Source of the DNA: a virus
Taxonomy: Duplodnaviria > Caudoviricetes
Direction: 5' to 3' (one strand)
Virus record (IMG/VR): IMGVR_UViG_3300014656_000085
Coordinates: 1 to 33,460 of that record
Length of the DNA: 33,460 nucleotides
The position numbers and the translations under genes are program-made. Below, one piece after another: positions 8,236-16,880 of this stretch. The number at the start of each line of letters is the position of its first letter. Position 1 is the first letter of the stretch. Under the pieces are notes generated by a model, which was given only the letters and a program-made list of their open reading frames with translations, ran no database searches and was not told the DNA's origin.

Positions 8236-8784
8236 ATGGATGGATTCTTAAAAGTTTCAACAGCAGTAACCATAAAACTTGGCAAGTACGTTGATGCAAC
8301 AGACGGCGTAACCGTGGAAGCCGGGTTAACCATTACGCAGTCAGATGTGCGCTTAACCAAGAACGGCGGCGACTTCGCCCAGAAAAACGACGCAACCGCT
8401 TGCACGCATGACGAAGGCGGATGGTACGACTGCCCATTAAACACCACCGACACGAATACGCTAGGGTTGCTAAAGATTGACGCGTCTATGGCGGGCGCTT
8501 GCCCAGTGTGGCTCACGTTCATGGTGGTGACGGCGAACGTGTACAACACTTTCTGTAGCTCCGACATGTTAGACGTGGACATATCCGCAGCTTCAGGCAC
8601 GCTAGAAGGCACGTTAACGTATATGGAAGCCCTACGGCTGATGCTGGCTGTTTTAACAGGTAAACTTAGCGGAGGCGGCTCAGGACAATTAACGTTCCGA
8701 GACTCAACTGACAGCACAGACCGCGTGGTGATGACGGTGACAAGCAGCAAGAACCGTACTACGGTCACGTTGGATGGGAGTTGA
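8236..8784 (+). CDS. Virion structural protein (BppU/Ig-like N-terminus)
   Basis: VDATDGVT...RLTKNGG...GGWY...L.TTDTNTLG and C-terminal EALRL.LAVL.GK.SG, a pattern I associate with phage structural proteins. GGAG RBS. Confidence 0.55.
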   Translation: MDGFLKVSTAVTIKLGKYVDATDGVTVEAGLTITQSDVRLTKNGGDFAQKNDATACTHDEGGWYDCPLNTTDTNTLGLLKIDASMAGACPVWLTFMVVTANVYNTFCSSDMLDVDISAASGTLEGTLTYMEALRLMLAVLTGKLSGGGSGQLTFRDSTDSTDRVVMTVTSSKNRTTVTLDGS

Positions 8785-9008
8785 AACTGATGGATGACGA
8801 GGCTTTTTGGGGCGGCGGAATGTGGGGAGGCGGCATCTGGGGCGGAGGAATATGGGGCAGCGACCCGTCTAAAACACGGTTTTCCGAGGTTTTGGCGCAG
8901 CTCGAAAAAAAGAATGTTTCAACAAACTGGATAGATTACGAGTGGATAGAGGCGGGACTGGCTGATCATACGCCTTTGGATGAGGTTTTAGCGAGGTTAC
9001 AGAAATGA
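8781..9008 (+). CDS. Small protein with WGGG repeats
   Basis: FWGGGMWGGGIWGGGIWG; 4-nt overlap with the previous gene (ATG 8790 is an alternative start). Confidence 0.6.
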   Translation: MKLMDDEAFWGGGMWGGGIWGGGIWGSDPSKTRFSEVLAQLEKKNVSTNWIDYEWIEAGLADHTPLDEVLARLQK

Positions 9009-9036
9009 GCAGGTTGAAAACAGGTTTTTTATTTGT

Positions 9037-10389
9037 TTGTTCTTGTTGGGAGGGTTGCTGTTGAGTTATCCACGGTATGTTCCACACACTACAGGCAATG
9101 GTAAATGGAATAACCAAGATATTAATGCGGTGGTTGACCATGTTCTTGCAGGTGAAACAGTCACTGGCTTCTTAGCATACCCATATAGCTATCTTGTTAG
9201 GGCATTGGCTGGCGGAGTTTACGATGCAATCGACGCGGGAGGAACAAGAGTGTATGGTGGACCAGACGATGCGGGTGGCGTGGATGGCGCAGACGCGGAT
9301 GCAGTTATAATAGCCGCCCTTGCCGCTGGCGCAAATGTAACCTTGGACGAAGGCACTTTTCCCTGTGGCGAAACTAGAATCCAAGTGTTAAGCAGCAAAA
9401 GTTTGAAGGGCGCAGGTAAAGAAATAACAAAATTAACATTTACTGGCGGCGGCGGCGTTGATCTTGGAGTAAACAGCGGGGCAATGGTGCAGACTCAATA
9501 CGCCCAATTTGAAGGCGTAACTCTCACTGGTGATGGTTCAGAGGGCAGCATAGGGTTGCGGAGAACAAACAATCTTTATGGAACCATCCGAAACGTTGAA
9601 ATTGATGGTTTTAAGCAAGGCTTCGTAGAGGAATCATGGTACACGGGCATAAACATCGCTAACATAGGATATGACATTCTGATTAGAAACTGTAAGTATG
9701 GTGTGACTTGGAACCGAAGAGACCCTCAAGGTGGCTTTCCAGTAGGCAACAACTTGAACCTTTACTATTGGCTGGGCTGCTACGGAACCACTGGCGAAAT
9801 TGTCGCAGACAGCATAGCTTACAGAGTCTTGGATGCTGACGCAGTAGTTGTAACTGGCGGGTGGACTGAGAAGTATGATACTGGAATAAAATGCACCGCT
9901 GGGAACGCTAACAAATTCAAAGAAATCTGGATGGAAGCCTGTAACACTTACGTTCAATATGACGCGGGCGTTATAGGTTGCGAAACTGACGCGATGCTTT
10001 ACTGGTCTGACCCTGAAGTCGTATTGGTTGATAATGGTACTGGATGCCGCGCAAAATTCACCAAGACAATTCAAACTGAATACAACGGTATTGCGCAGAC
10101 TTGGGATACTCCGTTAATCTGGAAATTAGGCACAGCAGTAAATAAGCATCCATCAGCCACCGAGCTGGGAATAGGTCATGATAACAGCGACAACATGATT
10201 TTTAATCATCCAACCGGAAAATCTTTCATTTTCCGCGAAAACGCTGGGGGAGTTGCATTTTTTTGGGACGGGTGGATATGGGTTGACACTGCGGGAAAAG
10301 GGTTAAAACTAAAAAGTCCAAACGCAACCGTTTACAACATAACTATGAATGACAGCGGGCAATTATGCGTCAATGGTGTACCAGTTTAA
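9037..10389 (+). CDS. Tail spike/fibre with right-handed beta-helix (pectate-lyase-like)
   Basis: AVIIAAL...VTLDEGTF...SLKGAG...TKL start motif, repetitive beta-helix pattern and a fibre-like C-terminus. Exact start is uncertain. Confidence 0.7.
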   Translation: MFLLGGLLLSYPRYVPHTTGNGKWNNQDINAVVDHVLAGETVTGFLAYPYSYLVRALAGGVYDAIDAGGTRVYGGPDDAGGVDGADADAVIIAALAAGANVTLDEGTFPCGETRIQVLSSKSLKGAGKEITKLTFTGGGGVDLGVNSGAMVQTQYAQFEGVTLTGDGSEGSIGLRRTNNLYGTIRNVEIDGFKQGFVEESWYTGINIANIGYDILIRNCKYGVTWNRRDPQGGFPVGNNLNLYYWLGCYGTTGEIVADSIAYRVLDADAVVVTGGWTEKYDTGIKCTAGNANKFKEIWMEACNTYVQYDAGVIGCETDAMLYWSDPEVVLVDNGTGCRAKFTKTIQTEYNGIAQTWDTPLIWKLGTAVNKHPSATELGIGHDNSDNMIFNHPTGKSFIFRENAGGVAFFWDGWIWVDTAGKGLKLKSPNATVYNITMNDSGQLCVNGVPV

Positions 10390-10405
10390 TAAGGTGGTTG
10401 GTTTT

Positions 10406-11668
10406 TTGGCTGATGCTAGTGTTACCCGCCGCGAACTCTCCCTAGGCGCACGCGATGATACAACAGGATGGTGCAGCAAAAGCTACGATGAAACCACCAT
10501 CAAAGGCAGCTTCGACCCCGCAACAGCCCGAGAAGTCGCCATGCGCGTCGGCATGCCACTCAACAACATCCCCTACTATTCACGCCCCTTTTACACCGCC
10601 GATTACGTGCGCAGAGGCGACCATGTAACACACGCGGTTATAGGCGAAGTCAACTTAGTCGCGGTCACGCCTGTCACATGGCTTGACCAATTCGTCTATT
10701 ACGCTTGCCAAACCGAGGAAATCCTCGCGCCCGCAGACCGCTACGCAACCAGCGGCACATGGCATGTTGACAGCGACTCATTAAAGACTGACCCGCGCAA
10801 CCGCATTAAAAGCTGGCTAGACACCTACCTCAGCTACGCAGTCTGCGACTACCAAACCATGTTCGCAGGCATCGACTACCCACACGAACGTGAATTCATT
10901 GATAATGGCTTAGAAATCACCAGCTTCGTAGACGTGGAGCAGTCGACGCCAGAGTACACTTACAACCATTACCCATACAAATTTAATGAAACCGTCACAA
11001 TCACCAACACGGCAATCGACACCGCCACGTTGACAGCCACGAACATTCTGGAAAGCTTCGAGCAAGCAATCCGCGACGTAGCCACCGACCATCCGCTCGG
11101 CAGCATCCGCCGCATAGTTTCTTCTAAACCTGAACGCGTGAACATCGGCGGCATGTGGCTCTGGCAAAACACAGTAACAATAGAGTACTCACGCGCAAAC
11201 GACGACTTTTTGCCTTCATATCCAACATACACGTGGACAACAGGCACATACATATTTCCAAACATTCTTCACATTAACAGCGAGTTCCTAGTTGACGATG
11301 ACTGGATGGACCCAACAAACTTTTCAGGTGCTCTTGTACAAGCGTTAGGTTCGAAGCCGCTGGAGTTGACGATTGAAAGCGACTTGGATATTGAGCCTTC
11401 GGGTTTAACGTGGAAGCGCAATCAGACAAGTGACAAAACCGACGTGGAAAACCACCAAGTATTCGGCGATAATTGGCATAAGGAAGGCGTAGACCAAGAT
11501 TACCACACTATAAGTTTCGGCGCGTCGGGACCAACCTTTAAAGTCCGCGTCGTAAACATGCGGGTTAACCGAGAAAACGAACGTCACATTCTTGAGCTTC
11601 ACCTGCGCGAGTACCGCACTGATTCAGCGAGCGACGAAACATACAAGCAAAGGTTCGTAATAACATGA
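10406..11668 (+). CDS. Multidomain neck/tail protein: probable head-closure + tail-terminator + Dit/tube-fold fusion
   Basis: The N-terminal VTRR....DDTTGW....ETTIKG resembles SPP1 gp16-type proteins. The middle alpha/beta part ends WQNTVTIEY, like terminators. The C-terminal part has LVQALGSKPLELTI...LELHLREY, like Dit/GpU. TTG start after AAGGTGG. Confidence 0.5.
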   Translation: MADASVTRRELSLGARDDTTGWCSKSYDETTIKGSFDPATAREVAMRVGMPLNNIPYYSRPFYTADYVRRGDHVTHAVIGEVNLVAVTPVTWLDQFVYYACQTEEILAPADRYATSGTWHVDSDSLKTDPRNRIKSWLDTYLSYAVCDYQTMFAGIDYPHEREFIDNGLEITSFVDVEQSTPEYTYNHYPYKFNETVTITNTAIDTATLTATNILESFEQAIRDVATDHPLGSIRRIVSSKPERVNIGGMWLWQNTVTIEYSRANDDFLPSYPTYTWTTGTYIFPNILHINSEFLVDDDWMDPTNFSGALVQALGSKPLELTIESDLDIEPSGLTWKRNQTSDKTDVENHQVFGDNWHKEGVDQDYHTISFGASGPTFKVRVVNMRVNRENERHILELHLREYRTDSASDETYKQRFVIT

Positions 11669-12069
11669 ATTTAAAATTAAATTTTGATACGGGTACTGTA
11701 AAAGGTTGGGTAGAAACATTACCTGAGAAAATGACGGATGCTGCTTGGGAAGCAATCTTAGCGCAAGCACAATTAATACGGGGACTTTGGCAAATTTACA
11801 TTCGAGTAGATACAGGAAGCGCACGAGATAGTATTCGAGTTGAAAGGGGCGGTGAAGGATTGCATTGGCGTATGGTGCGAGTTCGGGGTGGCGGCTATGT
11901 TGTTAACCCAAAAACTGGGCGACTGGTTGATTACATGGCAATCATTGAAGCTAAATATGGTGCAGGGCAAATGGCTTTTAACGAAGTTATCCCCACCATT
12001 AGAGGTTTTATTGAAACAAATGTTAGTAATGCTTTAACTTTTGTGGGGTCGGAGCGTGAACTATATTAA
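11665..12069 (+). CDS. HK97 gp10-like tail completion protein
   Basis: VDTGSARDSI and DYMAIIE..YG motifs; 134 aa. Confidence 0.7.
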   Translation: MNLKLNFDTGTVKGWVETLPEKMTDAAWEAILAQAQLIRGLWQIYIRVDTGSARDSIRVERGGEGLHWRMVRVRGGGYVVNPKTGRLVDYMAIIEAKYGAGQMAFNEVIPTIRGFIETNVSNALTFVGSERELY

Positions 12070-12390
12070 ATGAGCGAGGAAACAGTCACCTTCAATCTTG
12101 AGCTTAATGTAGAAGAAGCCTTTTCCAATGCGAGACGCATAGAACTGATATTATTTCGTGCGTTAGGATTATGGAACCGTATAATGCGTCTTCTTGGTTT
12201 GCCGCCTGATTCACCACTAGCGCAAGGTGTCGCACGTATACAACAATTTGTAATGCTTATTCGTACTCTACACACGGCTGCAATGCTTTTACAAGCTGCT
12301 TCGGGTCCGATTGGTTGGGCGATGGCAGGCATAAGCGTGGGTGCCACAGTTATGACGGCAGCTGATACAATGACTATGCTTGGAGAGTGA
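12070..12390 (+). CDS. Miniature tape-measure-like protein
   Basis: 106 aa, helical, with AASGPIGWAMAGI typical of tape measure proteins; directly upstream of the hub gene. Confidence 0.5.
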   Translation: MSEETVTFNLELNVEEAFSNARRIELILFRALGLWNRIMRLLGLPPDSPLAQGVARIQQFVMLIRTLHTAAMLLQAASGPIGWAMAGISVGATVMTAADTMTMLGE

Positions 12391-14063
12391 ACGCGCTGGC
12401 TAATCCTAACGCGAAAATACTAATCTACAACACAAGCGATGTTTTAACGCATACGATAACCGACGACGTTCTGGAAGCTTCCGTGTCACCATCGCTGACG
12501 GAGCAGATTGGCACCTTCAGCTTCATGCTTCCCGGCAAGAAGGCGCACAGCTACGTTTACAACGACATCGGCAACAACTACACTGCGAAAATTTACTTGG
12601 GTTATGGCACGCTTGGCGCTGGCGACTTGCAACTCGTCGGCAAGATTTTGCGCTTAGATAGCACGAAGAGCGAGAAGGGCGGTTTCTACCGCGTATTCAG
12701 CGGTAAAGACCTTGGTGAAATCCTTGAGCGGAGACTTAAAACTAATAGGCGTTATGAAGATTTAGATGCTTCCACTATTGTTTCAGTTGATATTGCCGCT
12801 GAATTAGGGATTTATGATGCGGCGAAAATAGAAACGGATGGAACCGATGAAACCGTCACTATCCGCACCGAGTCTTTTCTGAACTATTTAAAGAAAGTTA
12901 GCGATTATTGGTATGATGGTGCCACGAAGGTTCAAAAGGACTTTTATGTGGATACCGTGAATAAGCTTGTGTGGAAGGGGCGTCCGCACCGTACTAGTGG
13001 TGTGGAGACGTTGACGGCAGCAGGCATAAACGCGAATATACTCAGCTACCGCTTAAGCTATGACATAACACCAGTTAAAAACAGCGTAACCGTGTATGGA
13101 GCGCCAACATCACACTATCCAACCGACAAAGACACGTTCACCGAGGCGTTAAGTGGCACCTACGAGGATAAAGCATGGGATTGGGAACTTGACACTGGCA
13201 CAGGCTTATACTTGCAAGAAGTTCTTGTCAAGGAAGGTGCCAAAAGCATTCACGGGCAAAACTCGACACCGGGCAATGTAAAATTTCACTTGGATATGCC
13301 AAAATTGACTTTGCGCGACATTAGTAAACTAAATTTTTATTATTACAGTATTTCAAACGTTGGCTGGGCAATTCTAACCGCTAAACTTTACTGTCCTAAT
13401 AGCACAAATTATTTTGTAACCCACTCAAATCTAAATATTGCCGTCAACACTTGGCATTGGGCAGACTTCCCATTAGGCGACAGCGCAGTCTACGATGCAG
13501 ATGAGAATCCTACTGGCGTGTGGGATGCGTCGGGTTCGCCGAACTGGTGGAACATTCAAGGTTTAGAATTCGACTGTGTTTTCAGCTCAGGTGGAAACGC
13601 TGATTTCATCGTAGATAAATTATATTTTAGCCCTTACCGTTGGTTCAGTAAGGCGGAGAACGAGACAAGCCAAACAGTCTACGAACTACGAGAAGCAGAA
13701 TTCACCGACGACAACCTCTTAAGCGAAGCGGAATGTCAGAAGCGAGCAGAAACCCTTGCGTTGCAGCTTGGCGACCGCGTCTTAGCGCTTGAAGTCGGGT
13801 TGAAGGGCAACACGAACGTGAAAATAGGCGACCGCGTGCCCGTAACGTTGCCAGCCGACAATGTTAGCGCCATCAATTTTGACGTGGTTTCTGCGGTGCA
13901 TCATTTTCAGCGGAAGCCGCTGGGGCTTCGCACGAGGGCCAGCCTCATTTGCGGTGCGGACACGCGGGCTTTTCCGCCGAGGACGCCAGTTGAAAGCGTT
14001 GCACGTAGCCTGCAAAACTTAAAAGCAGTTACAAGTGAACTGTATAGTCGTGTGGTGCGGTGA
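12387..14063 (+). CDS. Baseplate hub/Tal-like (gp27/gpD-type) protein with inserted beta-sandwich domain
   Basis: N-terminal IGTFSF.L...IYLGY...GKI...SGKD, then DFYVD....VW and VKNSVTVYG. C-terminal S...Y.LRE...D....ECQKRAE..L...GN..VKIGD.V...V..H. Confidence 0.7.
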   Translation: MNALANPNAKILIYNTSDVLTHTITDDVLEASVSPSLTEQIGTFSFMLPGKKAHSYVYNDIGNNYTAKIYLGYGTLGAGDLQLVGKILRLDSTKSEKGGFYRVFSGKDLGEILERRLKTNRRYEDLDASTIVSVDIAAELGIYDAAKIETDGTDETVTIRTESFLNYLKKVSDYWYDGATKVQKDFYVDTVNKLVWKGRPHRTSGVETLTAAGINANILSYRLSYDITPVKNSVTVYGAPTSHYPTDKDTFTEALSGTYEDKAWDWELDTGTGLYLQEVLVKEGAKSIHGQNSTPGNVKFHLDMPKLTLRDISKLNFYYYSISNVGWAILTAKLYCPNSTNYFVTHSNLNIAVNTWHWADFPLGDSAVYDADENPTGVWDASGSPNWWNIQGLEFDCVFSSGGNADFIVDKLYFSPYRWFSKAENETSQTVYELREAEFTDDNLLSEAECQKRAETLALQLGDRVLALEVGLKGNTNVKIGDRVPVTLPADNVSAINFDVVSAVHHFQRKPLGLRTRASLICGADTRAFPPRTPVESVARSLQNLKAVTSELYSRVVR

Positions 14064-14263
14064 AAATGCGGAAAATCAGGATTCAGCGAAAAAGAATTCC
14101 ACCTTTAGCTTTATTTGTGGCAACGGCGTGTTTGCTTTGTCTGCGATGGATGTCAACGTGGCAATCGGCTATGTTACAAATTATGCCTACTGTTCAATAT
14201 TTTGGCGTGTTTGCGTTGGCAACTTTTACTTTTGGTTGGGCGTGGTGCCTTTTTAAAAGCTAA
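14060..14263 (+). CDS. Small two-TM membrane protein (holin-like position)
   Basis: Basic N-terminus and two hydrophobic segments; last gene of the late operon. Confidence 0.5.
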   Translation: MKMRKIRIQRKRIPPLALFVATACLLCLRWMSTWQSAMLQIMPTVQYFGVFALATFTFGWAWCLFKS

Positions 14264-14403
14264 GTTTTTGTCAGTGCTACTTTTCCGCCAGTGAAGCCTC
14301 TAAACCGCCCGCAATATGAACCCCCGCCACCCATGCACGTAGCGCTTTCTGGATCAGCAAGTGGACACTGCTTGTAGAAGCGGCAGAGAAAGCGCAACCT
14401 CAT
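14260..14403 (-). CDS. 47-aa Cys-rich microprotein (C..Y.QC...TC.GGGGSYCG.FR)
   Basis: Hand-translated; ATGA-coupled; paralog of 20703-20855. Confidence 0.65.
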   Translation of the reverse strand: MRLRFLCRFYKQCPLADPESATCMGGGGSYCGRFRGFTGGKVALTKT

Positions 14404-14684
14404 TTTTCAGCGTCACCAAACCATTTTTTGAGAATTATATTAAGGCGCGTGATTTTATCTTCATAGGTGCTTCTAGCTTCGTAGTCTTCAGCGGGGTAAT
14501 CAACAATCGATAAGTTTATGCTAAAAATTTCTTTTTTTGCCTCATCCAAAATCTCTTTAGCATACGTTTCCACTTGTTCAACGGACAAAAATCCGCTTCC
14601 GTATCTAACTTCGCAACCTCGTGCATACTCAATAATCTCTGGTATTTTTTCTTGAATTTTCTTGTAAAGTTCGCCTTCACTCAT
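14400..14684 (-). CDS. Hypothetical protein (MSEGEL...KKWFG)
   Basis: ORF track; start trimmed to the ATG overlapping the upstream stop. Confidence 0.6.
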   Translation of the reverse strand: MSEGELYKKIQEKIPEIIEYARGCEVRYGSGFLSVEQVETYAKEILDEAKKEIFSINLSIVDYPAEDYEARSTYEDKITRLNIILKKWFGDAEK

Positions 14685-14878
14685 TTTTGGTTTTCTCTCC
14701 ACCCTATGTAGCAACGATAATGCGCTTTTCCCGTTTCCCGCGTCCAAATCTTCGCGTCTTTAGGATCAAACGCTACGCCACACAAACTACACTTGTCGCC
14801 GGGGAACCCGTCTAAGCCGCTGCGTTTCTGCATGAGTGGCGTGTGGTGTTCAGCGGCGATGTCAGAGAACCGCTTCAT
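14681..14878 (-). CDS. Small Zn-finger protein
   Basis: CSLCG...HYRC. Confidence 0.6.
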   Translation of the reverse strand: MKRFSDIAAEHHTPLMQKRSGLDGFPGDKCSLCGVAFDPKDAKIWTRETGKAHYRCYIGWRENQK

Positions 14879-15117
14879 TGTTTCAGTTCCTCCAAAAGCT
14901 CATTTAATAAGTAGATGCTTCCTTGCCATTCATTAGCAATTTCTAAATCTACCCTATGCTTTTTCTTCCCTTGCCAAGCATCACGATTTTTCTCTGCGTA
15001 AAGGCGTTTTTGTTCAAGCCACTCTTCCAAGGTTATTTTCAAAATATCAGGAATGTCTGTTTCATCGAACCCAGCTTTTTTACAGTTTCCAATGTAAATT
15101 TGTTTTAGGGGTGTCAT
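14875..15117 (-). CDS. Hypothetical protein, WLEQKR family
   Basis: Paralog of 20498-20731; coupled 4-nt overlaps. Confidence 0.65.
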   Translation of the reverse strand: MTPLKQIYIGNCKKAGFDETDIPDILKITLEEWLEQKRLYAEKNRDAWQGKKKHRVDLEIANEWQGSIYLLNELLEELKQ

Positions 15118-15545
15118 TTCTTTCTCCTTCCTAACGTTTCATCACTATTCAGCCATACTATGTAGCCTTCCATGAACGCGGGTCTGCCGTCTTTCTCTTC
15201 AATCGCCTTCTTCACCGCGTAGTAACTAGCGTTTTTAGTTTCGCTTTTCTGCCACACGCCCTTCTCAGTCGCAGGCATGTCCTGCCACGCAAGTGTTTCC
15301 AAATCTATGATTATGCCCTTTTCCAGTGGCGGCTCAGGCTCTTTCGGCTTCTCTTGCGGTTGCTTCTGGAACCTGCCTGCTTGATAGTACTGGTCGCATA
15401 GCTTCTCAAGGTCGGCGGTGGCTTTCAACACTTCTTGACTGTTGGCGCCTTCCAACTCGGTGAGTACAGCCTCATAGCCAACTCTAAGAGTCTCATAATT
15501 TCCCAAATTATAGAGGCGCTCGACTTTTACGATTTCAACTTTCAC
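15114..15545 (-). CDS. Phage protein with NLGNYE motif
   Basis: YNLGNYETLRV N-terminal motif; GAGGTGA RBS. Confidence 0.7.
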   Translation of the reverse strand: MKVEIVKVERLYNLGNYETLRVGYEAVLTELEGANSQEVLKATADLEKLCDQYYQAGRFQKQPQEKPKEPEPPLEKGIIIDLETLAWQDMPATEKGVWQKSETKNASYYAVKKAIEEKDGRPAFMEGYIVWLNSDETLGRRKK

Positions 15546-15709
15546 TTTGCTTCACCTCTCTCCCTTCTTTGGTAACTACAATTATTCTTAATCTTGTTCC
15601 AATATGCTTTGCCTCGATAAGATTGAAAGAAAATTAATCGAGGACAATCCTCAACATGGCAACTGTTTTCTTTCAGTCGAGCATAATGATATTCATGAGA
15701 ACATCTCAT
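15542..15709 (-). CDS. 55-aa hypothetical protein (MRCSHEYHY...)
   Basis: Hand-translated; fills the gap with 4-nt overlaps on both sides. Confidence 0.5.
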   Translation of the reverse strand: MRCSHEYHYARLKENSCHVEDCPRLIFFQSYRGKAYWNKIKNNCSYQRRERGEAK

Positions 15710-16035
15710 TTTTCATCGTTTTCCCCTTTGTATTTATACATGGTTGCGTTCTTCGCATACGCTTGCGCGATCACGTAGCCTTCTTTGAGTTTCGCGTCGA
15801 CTTCCGCCCAATCCACTTGCACGGCGCTTGTCGGCGTCTGCTGAGGCTCCACGTACTCCACAATCTCTAAGCTTTGGCAAAAAGGACAAACATGCGTTTC
15901 AAATTGTATATTAATACGAATAGGTAATTCCATAGTTGGCTGTATTTTTTCAGGCGGTATTGGTGGAATTTCAATTATGGTTTTTTTGGCTGCGTACACA
16001 AACGCTTTTTTGCAAGACCCGCACTGAAACTTCAT
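15706..16035 (-). CDS. Zn-ribbon protein
   Basis: FQCGSC...CPFCQS; GGAGG RBS. Confidence 0.65.
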   Translation of the reverse strand: MKFQCGSCKKAFVYAAKKTIIEIPPIPPEKIQPTMELPIRINIQFETHVCPFCQSLEIVEYVEPQQTPTSAVQVDWAEVDAKLKEGYVIAQAYAKNATMYKYKGENDEK

Positions 16036-16202
16036 TGGATGCCCTCCTTGATTCGTGCCTCAATCTTCTCTTGGCATTTTGAACAATAATGCCCAATTAA
16101 ATCTTCTTCAGCATCATTCCATCGCCATAACAGAGCTTGCAGGTCTTCATAGGCTTCTTCAAATTCAGCACCGCAATTATCACATCTGTAAATTAGCGTC
16201 AT
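16032..16202 (-). CDS. Small Zn-finger protein
   Basis: CDNCG...YCSKC; ATG 16202 overlaps the upstream stop. Confidence 0.65.
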   Translation of the reverse strand: MTLIYRCDNCGAEFEEAYEDLQALLWRWNDAEEDLIGHYCSKCQEKIEARIKEGIQ

Positions 16203-16345
16203 TTTTGGCTGGTCTCCCACAAATCCAACAGCTCACCCACAACATCATCAAACGTCGACGTAGGATTCCGCTTTTCCGCAATCATCTGTAAAAGAAGCAG
16301 TTTCAGCTTTGCGTGGTTTTGTTCGCTGACTCTCACAGTCTTCAT
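16199..16345 (-). CDS. Ribbon-helix-helix DNA-binding protein (48 aa)
   Basis: MKTVRVSEQNHAKLKLL...TFDDVVGELL fits the archaeal RHH/CopG pattern; AAGGTGA RBS. Confidence 0.7.
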   Translation of the reverse strand: MKTVRVSEQNHAKLKLLLLQMIAEKRNPTSTFDDVVGELLDLWETSQK

Positions 16346-16361
16346 TTTAGCTTTTCACCTT
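16342..16361 (-). repeat. 20-nt RBS/start repeat AAGGTGAAAAGCTAAAATGA, copy 1
   Basis: Identical at 20998-21017; one mismatch at 21095-21114. Confidence 0.9.
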
Positions 16362-16492
16362 GTATCTTCTAACTCAATAATCTCAGCGATTAGAACAACA
16401 TTGATGTCAGTGTAATCATCGGACATTATCTGCATATAATCTCTTCCATCACGCGTTTTTTGAACTACTACTTTTAATTTTTTTGTTGTCAT
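16355..16492 (-). CDS. 45-aa microprotein MTTKKLKVVVQK...
   Basis: Hand-translated; directly downstream of a TATA box. Confidence 0.6.
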   Translation of the reverse strand: MTTKKLKVVVQKTRDGRDYMQIMSDDYTDINVVLIAEIIELEDTR

Positions 16493-16527
16493 TTCAGATA
16501 CACACTAAACATAGAGTACACACCATA

Positions 16528-16539
16528 TATTTAAGCTTT
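16528..16539 (-). promoter_or_regulatory. Archaeal BRE/TATA promoter AAAGCTTAAATA
   Basis: About 36 nt upstream of ATG 16492; the same 12-mer occurs at 26037-26048. Confidence 0.7.
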
Positions 16540-16607
16540 GGGATTATGAGAAAATAGCAAACAACCAACCACACAACCCTTTTAGGAAAAGGCTTGACCG
16601 AAAAACG

Positions 16608-16868
16608 CTACTTGTTAGCTTTCCTTAAGAATTGTGTACGTGTGCGTGTGTGCGCTGGTCGTTGAACAAACAAATCTTTTCGCTGCTTCGCATACGCCAC
16701 CGCCTCAAACGCTTCTTTCACGCTATCCGTTTGCAACAAAACCTTGATCTTTCTAAAGTCTATATGGTTAGTATAGTGACATCTAACACACTCTCTGGTC
16801 TTTCGATCGTTCCTACCGTATTGTGGAACGCCACAGTTAGCGCATTGGTAGACTACGTACTTTTTCAT
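16608..16868 (-). CDS. Zn-ribbon protein
   Basis: YQCANCG...RECVRCHY. Confidence 0.65.
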   Translation of the reverse strand: MKKYVVYQCANCGVPQYGRNDRKTRECVRCHYTNHIDFRKIKVLLQTDSVKEAFEAVAYAKQRKDLFVQRPAHTRTRTQFLRKANK

Positions 16869-16880
16869 ATTTAAGACTTT

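Noticed and set aside
61-14015. Minus-strand ORFs across the late operon (e.g. 1475-1831, 5226-5666, 5882-6361, 8217-8768, 9634-10074)
   Set aside because: They are antisense shadows of well-supported + strand genes, with no motifs or RBS.
16632-16655. GT-dinucleotide-like run as a microsatellite
   Set aside because: It is short, imperfect and lies in coding sequence (AHTRTRTQ); a similar CA run near 18135-18157 is equally weak.
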